Positions 1-7,410 of a DNA stretch of 64,000 nt are shown here, in pieces (the first letter of the stretch is position 1; every line of letters begins with the position of its first letter). Source of the stretch: a virus; the IMG/VR virus record IMGVR_UViG_3300023199_000021, positions 1-64,000 of that record. The stretch is one strand, 5' to 3'. Both the position numbers and the translations under genes were made by a program. The notes under the pieces are model-generated. The model saw nothing but the letters and a program-made list of their open reading frames with translations. It was not told where the DNA came from and ran no database searches.

Positions 1-237
1 CCTGCTCTACTGGTTCTTGTGCTGCTGCCGCAACTACGGCTTCGGCAACTTTGTTACTATTCTTGTATTTGCTGCTACAACAACTTATAATGAATATTCC
101 AGCTAGAACTAAACCTACTAAATTTTTATTGAACATAGCTATAACCTTTCGTGTAAACGTTAACTTAGCCCGAAAGGCTATACACCAAAAGTGCAGCTAC
201 GGAAAGTCGAACTCCGGCCACCTGCATGGCAAGCAGG
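1..237. repeat. Direct repeat, copy 1 (identical to 35601-35837; may extend beyond the window start)
   Basis: Base-for-base identity by eye from cctgctctac to aagcagg at offset 35600. Confidence 0.95.
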
Positions 238-262
238 AATGCTACCGTAACACCTTAACTGC
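192..262 (-). tRNA. tRNA-Gly(GCC)
   Basis: Acceptor GCAGTTA/TAGCTGC, anticodon arm CCTGC-TTGCCAT-GCAGG, TTCGA T-loop. Confidence 0.9.
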
Positions 263-272
263 ATTACCTATC

Positions 273-602
273 TTATCTTCGTGGAGGATAAGGATAGTAT
301 CTTGACTGTCCAGTACGATAGTTAAAAGTACTATAGCCTCTGATGCTAGAAAAACTAGCGTTAATTCCAAATTTTACATAACGTCGATCCGGTGACACAA
401 CGACAGGTCCAACATTCAATGAGGTTCCTGTTGGAAACCACTGTACCACAGGGTAGTAACCTACATTGTGATAGTGATAGTGGGTGTGTGGATGATTGTG
501 CCAGTGTCCGTTGTGATGGTGCCACTCACCTTGTTGTGCAAAAGTGGTGCTGACAAACAAACCCGCGATCAAAAACGCCGTGATGATTAAAAGCTTCTTC
601 AT
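273..602 (-). CDS. Small secreted His-rich protein with a secretin-like VSPDRRYV motif
   Basis: Signal peptide (MKK, hydrophobic stretch, TFA), His-rich segment, motif GYYPVVQWFPTGTSLNVGPVVVSPDRRYVKFGINASFS. Confidence 0.7.
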   Translation of the reverse strand: MKKLLIITAFLIAGLFVSTTFAQQGEWHHHNGHWHNHPHTHYHYHNVGYYPVVQWFPTGTSLNVGPVVVSPDRRYVKFGINASFSSIRGYSTFNYRTGQSRYYPYPPRR

Positions 603-604
603 TT

Positions 605-633
605 ATTATACCCTCAAATTGGCAAATTGTCAA
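605..633 (-). promoter_or_regulatory. Sigma70-type promoter
   Basis: TTGACA-17 nt-TATAAT. Confidence 0.8.
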
Positions 634-748
634 GGGAATTTCTAGAAACATGAGCATTGTTGTAGGTGTAGCGACAAGTCGTAAGCGTTGCTTCCAACTT
701 AGTTTCCTGCTCTTTGTTCGGATAGATTCTGTATTTAAGACTAATCAT
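614..748 (-). pseudogene. tnpB: IS605-type TnpB N-terminal fragment
   Basis: MISLKYRIYPNKEQETKLEATLTTCRYTYN matches the TnpB N-terminal HTH; start overlaps the tnpA stop; truncated after about 32 aa. Confidence 0.8.
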
Positions 749-1088
749 TGAACTTCTGATTCTCTATGTATTTCTTAATAGTTTCACCTGAAACTGTGCC
801 AGCAGAACCATAATACGTTCCTCTGCTGAACAACCCTGAACCCCAAAAGAAACGACTCTTGAGGTTATTGAATTCTTTGAAGATATCAACTGTTAAGATT
901 GATTTAATGGTTGTTGCAACCATCAAGCAATCACGCTCTTTGGTTTGAACAAAGTGGTCTGCCTCGTCCCATTCTAAATACCCCAAAATCCAGTCAGTTT
1001 CCAATAATTCTTCAACAGTATTGAATTCTGCGGCCTGAGGATCGGGGCCACCCACAAATCGGGGGATATGTTGAATTGCTCTATACAT
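741..1088 (-). pseudogene. tnpA: Chimeric ORF: phage hypothetical N-terminus fused to the IS200/IS605 TnpA (Y1) C-terminus
   Basis: C-terminal FWGSGLFSRGTYYGSAGTVSGETIKKYIENQ is the Y1 transposase tail; the HUH motif is absent. Confidence 0.8.
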
Positions 1089-1091
1089 AAG

Positions 1092-1162
1092 TGCAAGATA
1101 TCAGAATCGAACTGATAATTTCTGGTTGGAAGCCAGATGTTTTACCATTAAACTAATCTTGC
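1092..1162 (-). tRNA. tRNA-Gly(TCC)
   Basis: Acceptor GCAAGAT/ATCTTGC, anticodon arm TCTGG-CTTCCAA-CCAGA. Confidence 0.9.
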
Positions 1163-1182
1163 CAGTGGTCGCCTTCCGACAG

Positions 1183-1256
1183 TGGGAGCGGTGGGATTCG
1201 AACCCTCAAACATCTGATCCTAAATCAAACGGCTTTGCCAATTTGCCTACCTGAGC
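1183..1256 (-). pseudogene. Chimeric tRNA-Leu(TAG)
   Basis: D and anticodon arms fold, but acceptor halves GCTCAGG and CGCTCCC do not pair and the T-stem has a mismatch. Confidence 0.7.
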
Positions 1257-1384
1257 ATAAAGCTTTGCTTAAGTACTACTGATGTTAGGTATCCAAAGCA
1301 CGCCTCCGCTATTTTGCTATCTCGCACACGCCTTTCGGCCCGATACAGAAAAACGCCACGGAGGAACTGCGAATTGCTTGAATA

Positions 1385-2035
1385 TTATTCGTTTGACAAG
1401 TCAAACTTTTCGTCGTCTGAATAAGCCAAAGCAGCACTTACTGATTGGCCCGATGCCCCTCTGTTGGACATTTGGCGAGCGGCCTTTAGCTTGTCACTGG
1501 TTGTACCATAAGCCTTTGAGGTCTTGCTACGCTTCAAATTCACAACATTTGAAAGGTCGATGTTAAGGTCAGTACCAACCTTTTCATCTAGTTCTACACC
1601 AAGGAACACGAACTGCCAAGAGTATTTCTCTTTTTGTTCCTTAATCATATTAGCAACTTGCTGATACGAATATTCCTTACTGGCGTTCTCATGACCATCG
1701 GTAGAAATTACCACGGTCACTAGTGATGGTCTTTCATCTTCTGGCGTCTGTGCCAATCTCTGTCCGACAGTAGTAATAGCCTTACCTACTGCATCGCACA
1801 TAGCTGTCATCCCACGAGGGACTAGCTCATACTTCGGAACATCCTTGATATTAACGCCATCATGAACAACATCGTAAACATCGTCAAACTCCACGAATGT
1901 CAATCGACACTCACCTTCTTCATTTCTCTGGTCATCAATCATGCGATTGATAGCATTCTGTGCTTCTTCTTGACAGGCTCCCATTGAACCTGATCGGTCG
2001 GAGATAAACACAAACTCTACAAGGTCTTGTTTCAT
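1385..2035 (-). CDS. von Willebrand factor A (vWA) domain protein
   Basis: FISDRSGSM MIDAS motif, PRGMTAMCDA, ISTDGHENAS; RBS-preceded ATG at 2035. Confidence 0.9.
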   Translation of the reverse strand: MKQDLVEFVFISDRSGSMGACQEEAQNAINRMIDDQRNEEGECRLTFVEFDDVYDVVHDGVNIKDVPKYELVPRGMTAMCDAVGKAITTVGQRLAQTPEDERPSLVTVVISTDGHENASKEYSYQQVANMIKEQKEKYSWQFVFLGVELDEKVGTDLNIDLSNVVNLKRSKTSKAYGTTSDKLKAARQMSNRGASGQSVSAALAYSDDEKFDLSNE

Positions 2036-2518
2036 AGTCTTTTCCTTACTTAACAATTGATATTTCTTAAACAATTGCCTTTCCTCGTCTTCTACAATCG
2101 GTCTGGTCGCAAAAGCAGTCAAATCAACGTCGTCTTCCCTGAACTCTGCTACAAGTATACCATTTGATTTGGCTTTGTCAAGGGCAGCTTTCAGTTTTTT
2201 TCGTTTTTCACACCAATCAGAACCATATGAGGGTGGTCGCCAATGTAGGGCCACCGATAGGTCGATTCGATTGAGACGTGTGCTGCCTGAACAGCTTGTT
2301 GGGGACGACTCAAATCCTGACGAACAAAAACATACATGTAGTTCTTCCGAATCATGACTTCTCCCCCGTAACCAAAGCGTGGTTATTATCATCAATATAC
2401 AAGTAACCGTTCAATCAAACTTGGAAAAACTTACCTAAGCAAAATTGTTTAGCGAAACCAAGCGGCAAGGCTCTTATCTAGATTATCACCACTAGGATTA
2501 CGGTATGGTCTTTTTAAG

Positions 2519-2591
2519 TAGGCGATACAGGAATCGAACCCATTCTTCTGGTTCCGTAGACCAGCGTGCCAATCCTTCACACCCATCGCCC
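2519..2591 (-). tRNA. tRNA-Arg(ACG)
   Basis: Acceptor GGGCGAT/ATCGCCT, anticodon arm CTGGT-CTACGGA-ACCAG. Confidence 0.85.
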
Positions 2592-2596
2592 ATCAA

Positions 2597-2929
2597 TTAT
2601 TGATCAAACATCGCGTCTAGGTTTTGAGCCAACCCAATACCTCGAACGAAGTCTGAAATTCTTTGCTTGTCATCGCTCAGCACCAAAAGCATTCTGCCTC
2701 CAGCACCAGACTCATTATCTACTTCATCACCTGTGTCCGCAAAGATAGGGTACACTTCTCCCGGCTTATGGAAAGCCTCTACCATTTCGCGAGGAACTTC
2801 TTGGGCGTAAACATCTTCGTCGTAGCGATATTCCCCGTCTTCGTTTCTCCAAATTCTAAAACGATATAGCTTTAGCGGTTCTTGATCCATATTGTAGATT
2901 ACAGGTTGTTTGGTGTCAATTGAATCCAT
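2597..2929 (-). CDS. Hypothetical protein
   Basis: 110-aa ORF with GAGG RBS on the coding strand. Confidence 0.65.
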   Translation of the reverse strand: MDSIDTKQPVIYNMDQEPLKLYRFRIWRNEDGEYRYDEDVYAQEVPREMVEAFHKPGEVYPIFADTGDEVDNESGAGGRMLLVLSDDKQRISDFVRGIGLAQNLDAMFDQ

Positions 2930-2941
2930 ATCATCCTCTTG

Positions 2942-3050
2942 TCACGGACAATGCCTACAACCACAGCTACAACACCATCCTCGTTTTAACAAATACGTCG
3001 CGGTAAGAACTTCCTACCGTCCTCAATATAGTAATCTTCGTTTTCGATCA
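2942..3050 (-). pseudogene. DUF5522-like Cys-rich small protein, frameshifted
   Basis: EDYYIEDGRK and VLTATYLLKRGWCCSCGCRHCP lie in two frames, ending in TGA. Confidence 0.6.
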
Positions 3051-3053
3051 CAG

Positions 3054-3127
3054 TGGTACAGGCGGGACTCGAGCCCGCAACTACTAGTTTTTGAAACTAA
3101 TTCCTCTGCCAATTGGGAAACCGTACC
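3054..3127 (-). tRNA. tRNA-Leu(CAA), short variable loop
   Basis: Acceptor GGTACGG/CTGTACC, anticodon arm TTAGT-TTCAAAA-ACTAG. Confidence 0.85.
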
Positions 3128-3174
3128 TTGGAGCGGCTGAGTTATTCATCCTCTAACGCCCGCCGCGAAGCAAG

Positions 3175-3248
3175 TAGTGCCGGTGGGAATCGAACCCACA
3201 ACTACAAGATTTTAAGTCTTGTTCCTCTGCCTATTGGGATACGGCACC
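3175..3248 (-). tRNA. tRNA-Leu(TAA), short variable loop
   Basis: Acceptor GGTGCCG/CGGCACT, anticodon arm CAAGA-CTTAAAA-TCTTG. Confidence 0.9.
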
Positions 3249-3258
3249 GTACAGTAAG

Positions 3259-3332
3259 TGAGTGATATAGGACTCGAACCTATGACTTTCACTTTGTAAG
3301 AGTAGCACTCTTGCCAACTGAGTTAATCGCCC
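3259..3332 (-). tRNA. tRNA-Val(TAC)
   Basis: Cloverleaf with CTTACAA loop and GGTTCGAGTCC T-arm. Confidence 0.85.
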
Positions 3333-3343
3333 GTCTGTATCAA

Positions 3344-3706
3344 TTACACACCGGCTTTCCCGACGTACATCAAAACTCTGCCATTTTTTCTATGATTTCC
3401 CATGCGTCGATAGGTGTATTGTTCACCAGTTTTAGGGTCTTCATAGATATATTTAGTAGCTGACAAAGATAACATTGTCTCCACGATATCTCGCGTTGAA
3501 AACTTTTCCTCGTACATGGCATCTGCTACCATTATAACGTCTGATTCCTCAATGTCAAGCTCTTGAGCAGCTTTTTGCTTAAATTTTTCTGGTCCCTCAA
3601 TAGCAATACCTTGCTTGATCGCTTTCTTTTTGGCACCGGGGCCTGTGAAACACTTACCTTGGTCTCCCCATTTCCAACCATTATCGCCGCATTGTTTTAA
3701 AGGCAT
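3344..3706 (-). CDS. Hypothetical phage protein
   Basis: GGAG RBS before MPLKQC; GWKWGDQGKCFTG motif. Confidence 0.7.
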   Translation of the reverse strand: MPLKQCGDNGWKWGDQGKCFTGPGAKKKAIKQGIAIEGPEKFKQKAAQELDIEESDVIMVADAMYEEKFSTRDIVETMLSLSATKYIYEDPKTGEQYTYRRMGNHRKNGRVLMYVGKAGV

Positions 3707-3730
3707 GCGTATTCTCCATTGATTAATGTA

Positions 3731-3818
3731 TAAGCGGGGGGGGATTCGAACCCCCACGAGTCATTAACTCCTAACTGTCTAGTAAACAGCGGCCACCACC
3801 AAATTGGCTTGCCCTTCT
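3731..3818 (-). pseudogene. Degenerate tRNA-Ser (anticodon ACT, probably from GCT)
   Basis: Long variable arm GAGTTAATGACTC and intact T-arm; acceptor 3' strand does not pair. Confidence 0.65.
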
Positions 3819-4092
3819 CTATCGCCCGAACAAGGTTCTCACCTTCTCCCAAAGCGTCTTTTCCTTTTCTTTCTTTTTAAAGCGATGCATTCTTTCAACT
3901 ACCTTATTGTAGTCCTCAACAAACTGATTTGATTTTTCCTGCCATCTTTTTTGAGCCTTTTGAAATTGACTATCGCTGAGTCCTGAGTCTCCACACATTG
4001 TTGTTCTCTTATTTTGAAAGTCGTACACCTGAGAGTTGCCACCTTCAACCGCCCGCTCATGAAACGAACAGCCCGTATACGTCGGTGGCAAG

Positions 4093-4165
4093 TGGAGCCG
4101 AGGGGAATTGAACCCCTAACCTTCTGCGTGCAAGGCAGATGCTCTCCCAATTGAGCTACGACCCC
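4093..4165 (-). tRNA. tRNA-Ala(TGC)
   Basis: GGGGTCG/CGGCTCC with G3:U70, loop CTTGCAC. Confidence 0.95.
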
Positions 4166-4174
4166 ATAATTAAG

Positions 4175-4246
4175 TGGAGAATACGGGACTTGAACCCGTA
4201 ATACCAGAATGCCATTCTAGCGTGTTCCCAATTACACTAATTCCCC
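4175..4246 (-). tRNA. tRNA-Ala(GGC)
   Basis: GGGGAAT/ATTCTCC with G3:U70, loop ATGGCAT. Confidence 0.9.
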
Positions 4247-4319
4247 ATCAGTGGGGCGAATGATGTACATCTGGCAAACTGTAGTGCTGCACAACGTTGT
4301 AGACTACTGATGGGCGATC

Positions 4320-4679
4320 CTAATCTTCGTCTTCTCTTTCTTGAAGTTCGATGCCCAACTGTTGCAACTCCTTGTTTACTTTATCAATAATGTCCTCTGG
4401 ATTGTCGTCGTATTCGATTTCTAACATAACACTTTCTTTGTTTGCTGGTGATTTTTCCCAATCTCTCCACAACGGTTTTTCTTCGTATCCACAACCGGGA
4501 CAAGTAAATGCTCTGGAACAAATACAAATAGAGTCATGAATTAAATGTCCGCACCCTTCACACGCCCATGACGAAACGCAGCCGGGATGAATATTTTGTA
4601 GTATAGCATCGCTTCTCCACTGTGCCTGTTCATCATTCCAAGCCTTCGGATCATCTACTTTTTTACCTAAAGTTAACAT
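4320..4679 (-). CDS. Zn-ribbon-containing hypothetical protein
   Basis: CxxC pairs (CEGC, CPGC). Confidence 0.55.
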   Translation of the reverse strand: MLTLGKKVDDPKAWNDEQAQWRSDAILQNIHPGCVSSWACEGCGHLIHDSICICSRAFTCPGCGYEEKPLWRDWEKSPANKESVMLEIEYDDNPEDIIDKVNKELQQLGIELQEREDED

Positions 4680-4795
4680 ATTTTACCTTTTAATACATCG
4701 TTCATTTCATTTCGTTGGCAGCCGAAACACTTAGCAAGTTTTTGCTGTTGTTCGTCGTTTGGGTAAATCCTGAATTTGTATGTGTAGTGAGCCAT
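4673..4795 (-). pseudogene. tnpB: Second TnpB N-terminal fragment
   Basis: MAHYTYKFRIYPNDEQQQKLAKCFGCQR, then truncated. Confidence 0.8.
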
Positions 4796-5050
4796 AAACC
4801 TTTATTTTCTGTAGATGATGTTATTGCTAAATTTGGCGATAATCCCTCTTGTTATTTAACTGGTCAACCGATAGACATATCTAAACCACGAACTTATTCC
4901 TTTGACCATATTATACCAAAGTCTCGCGGCGGAGATAATAGCTTGGATAACTTAGGTTTATGCACAAAGGCTGCAAATCAAGCTAAGAATGATATGACTC
5001 TTGATGAATTCATTAATTCCTGCAAACAAGTTGTAAAACACAATACTTAG
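4796..5050 (+). pseudogene. HNH endonuclease, 5' truncated
   Basis: CYLTG...FDHIIPKSRGGDNSLDNLGLC...N..K; no proper start codon. Confidence 0.8.
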
Positions 5051-5121
5051 AGGCCGATCTCGGTATCGATCCGAGGTCTTCTGAATACAAAACAGATATT
5101 CTTCCATTGAACTAATCGGCC
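5051..5121 (-). tRNA. tRNA-Thr(TGT)
   Basis: GGCCGAT/ATCGGCC acceptor, TGT centred in the loop, U31:U39 mismatch. Confidence 0.7.
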
Positions 5122-5292
5122 ATATGAGGACAACGCAATCCTCGGTCAGACAGCTAAAACTGCTGCGTTAATGCTTCACGGTGTTTTTCGTCCGTTTAGT
5201 CTGACTCATAATTCTATTTTATCGAGAATGTAGTCAATACCAATGTCTTTGTCGCTCCACCACACAAGGCGATAATCGTATGTCACACTGTA

Positions 5293-5321
5293 ATTATACC
5301 ATCGAATGATCGGTTTGTCAA
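5293..5321 (-). promoter_or_regulatory. Sigma70-type promoter
   Basis: TTGACA-17 nt (containing CCGAT)-TATAAT. Confidence 0.8.
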
Positions 5322-5472
5322 GAGGAATCTTCCGATAAACCCATTTCCATCCGATTTGGTGACGTTTGGCAGGGTTCCAGCTATAGGTATAGGCCGGAAC
5401 ACCTGATACCATTTTTCACTCTTGGTTTTGATAACCCACTTGCGACGTTCTTTGTACTTCAATTCTTCGAAG

Positions 5473-5823
5473 TTATGTGGAACACTCAGCTTCAGCCTTA
5501 TCCGCAATTTCGCGGAGTTGTCGTGCCTTGTATTCTTTTGCCAGTTGCTCAGTTGAAAAAAACGGTTCGCCCTTACGGATGTAATACGGCTGGCCACCGC
5601 CGTACGACGACCACATATCTTTTGAGACGTTGTGGACGCGGGACCAGCAAATTGGATTGTCCTGCGTCGCACGACACACGTACCAAACTACCATACCTGG
5701 TAGAACTGTTACCCCGTCTTCTGTTTTTGGCAACGCTTCGCGTAAACGACACAATTCCGCATAACTGTCGGATGAACGCGAAGTCGCTACTGCCTCGGTC
5801 AAATTCGTTTTTTCGTTTGTCAT
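5473..5823 (-). CDS. Hypothetical protein in an attC-bounded, cassette-like unit
   Basis: Higher GC than neighbours; stop codon lies in GTTATGT and the start lies inside an attC-like inverted repeat. Confidence 0.65.
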   Translation of the reverse strand: MTNEKTNLTEAVATSRSSDSYAELCRLREALPKTEDGVTVLPGMVVWYVCRATQDNPICWSRVHNVSKDMWSSYGGGQPYYIRKGEPFFSTEQLAKEYKARQLREIADKAEAECST

Positions 5824-5944
5824 TGTTTTCCTCAACTATTAGGGATTTCCGAATTGTTCCGCGACTCGGTTATCCTTCACCCGTAAAAGTTTCTGCAAAA
5901 TGATCGACGACATGCTTGCGGGAAAGCTCGACGGTTCTGTTCTT

Positions 5945-5998
5945 CTGGTTGCCTCTATGTTTCGATTTGAACTTAAGAAAACCTGCCCCTTTGAAAAA
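5945..5998 (-). pseudogene. tnpB: Internal TnpB scrap
   Basis: FFKGAGFLKFKSKHRGNQ resembles the TnpB GFPKFKSK motif. Confidence 0.5.
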
Positions 5999-6087
5999 AT
6001 AAAAAAGAAGGAGCATAAGTCCCAGAGTGTTAGGTCGTCAATTCATGGTAGGCGAAGTAACTCTTAGGATCGCTACCTTCTTCTTGT

Positions 6088-6115
6088 ATTATACTGTCCG
6101 TTTTTCAGTTGTCAA
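6088..6115 (-). promoter_or_regulatory. Sigma70-type promoter
   Basis: TTGACA-16 nt-TATAAT. Confidence 0.75.
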
Positions 6116-6118
6116 GCA

Positions 6119-6526
6119 TTAAAACGGAACTTCTTCTTCAATTTCTGCGTCCGCTGCCTTCTTGGGTTTAGCGTTGGTTCCACCACCGCCCCCACCATTG
6201 CTACGTGGGCCAAGATTGATTCGTTCCGCGACAACCTTCAACTTGGAACGCTTGACGCCTTCAGCCGTTTCCCAAGTATCCAGTTCCAAACGTCCTTCCA
6301 CCATAATGAAAGCACCCTTGGTCAAGTACTCTGCAAGCGATTCTGCGTGCTTACCCCAGAGGGTAATGTCAACGAAGGTTGGCTGTTCTTGCTTGTCGCC
6401 ATCCTTCGACCAAACACGATTGGAACACATGCCAACATCGGCAACTGCTGTTCCGTTTGGGGTGTATCGCAGTTCAGTGTCTCTTGTAACTCTACCTGAA
6501 CCGATCCACTTGTTAAGATCACTCAT
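6119..6526 (-). CDS. ssb: Single-stranded DNA-binding protein
   Basis: LNKWIGSGRVTRDTELRYTPNG OB-fold, VEGRL, Gly-rich linker, acidic EEVPF tail. Confidence 0.97.
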   Translation of the reverse strand: MSDLNKWIGSGRVTRDTELRYTPNGTAVADVGMCSNRVWSKDGDKQEQPTFVDITLWGKHAESLAEYLTKGAFIMVEGRLELDTWETAEGVKRSKLKVVAERINLGPRSNGGGGGGTNAKPKKAADAEIEEEVPF

Positions 6527-6566
6527 TCTTACTCTCCTAGTACACCATTTTTTTAACAAACTTACT

Positions 6567-6797
6567 TTATACACTCACGCCACGGTAGCGAAGTGCTTTT
6601 CGGGCCAGACGACGTGCATATGTGGTGCCATTGTTTCGAACTAGCCTGCGGAATTCACCAGCGAAATCCGTATAAGCTAGACGATTTACTACGTCGCGGG
6701 TCGCAATTTCTCTTGTACTCCAACCTGACAACAGGTTAGTAACATCGTTGTCAGTCTCAAGCAACAGGTTCCAGTCTACAGAATTTGTAGTTCTCAT
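6567..6797 (-). CDS. Hypothetical protein
   Basis: 76-aa ORF with AGGA RBS, within an operon. Confidence 0.65.
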   Translation of the reverse strand: MRTTNSVDWNLLLETDNDVTNLLSGWSTREIATRDVVNRLAYTDFAGEFRRLVRNNGTTYARRLARKALRYRGVSV

Positions 6798-6809
6798 AAT
6801 TGTCCTTTC

Positions 6810-7121
6810 TTACTCAGTAAAGAGTAAATCCTCGTTTTGCCAAGTGTCTTGTTCATCCTCAAGGTCGTCCTGATCTAACAGGAACTCGAATGGATTTGGA
6901 TGAATCAAGTGTGTTCCTACGTAAATACTTTTCCCTTTTGACTTCAACCTTGCCCAGTCGTAACCTTCCTCACATACTTCATATGATTTGTGTCTTTTGA
7001 AAGGGCCATAGTTGTCGATCATTAACGCGAACTTCATATCAGGGTTTCCCCTCAAAAGTTGTCTAACTGAATTATACTCTGCTCTGATGGCTTTTCGCAA
7101 TTTTTTTTCAGCTATTTTCAT
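6810..7121 (-). CDS. Hypothetical protein
   Basis: ORF overlaps its neighbour by 4 bp. Confidence 0.65.
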   Translation of the reverse strand: MKIAEKKLRKAIRAEYNSVRQLLRGNPDMKFALMIDNYGPFKRHKSYEVCEEGYDWARLKSKGKSIYVGTHLIHPNPFEFLLDQDDLEDEQDTWQNEDLLFTE

Positions 7122-7402
7122 GAGTTTTGTAACTGCTCAAAAGGATTTGGAAGTTCTACTTTTTTCGTCACACTACCGTCAGGATTTTGTACCTCGGTTT
7201 GTGTGGCACCTTCCATCGGGTTCTGATTCAATTGTACGTTGCTTTGGCCTTGTGGCGAAACTTTTTCCTCACATTCTCTCAAATGTTCTTGGAGTTTAGC
7301 TAGATACTGCTGGTTTTGTTGCAGGGCTTCTTCCGCCTTCTGGATTTCTTGTTTGACAAAATTGATATAGGCCATTGCCATTTCTTCAAGTGTCACAGCC
7401 AT
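7118..7402 (-). CDS. Coiled-coil hypothetical protein
   Basis: GGAG RBS; heptad-rich N-terminus. Confidence 0.7.
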   Translation of the reverse strand: MAVTLEEMAMAYINFVKQEIQKAEEALQQNQQYLAKLQEHLRECEEKVSPQGQSNVQLNQNPMEGATQTEVQNPDGSVTKKVELPNPFEQLQNS

Positions 7403-7410
7403 GTTTTCTC

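Noticed and set aside
1-237. Repeat pair as a diversity-generating retroelement template/variable region
   Set aside because: Copies are identical with no adenine-specific mismatches and no reverse transcriptase is present.
2036-2395. N-terminal extension of the 336-aa vWA ORF
   Set aside because: The vWA domain starts at an RBS-preceded ATG at 2035; the upstream part looks like unrelated fused remnants.
4243-4314. Inverted repeat CCCATCAGT/ACTGATGGG overlapping the tRNA-Ala(GGC) 5' end
   Set aside because: A single 9-bp pairing without other support; too weak to call a regulatory switch.
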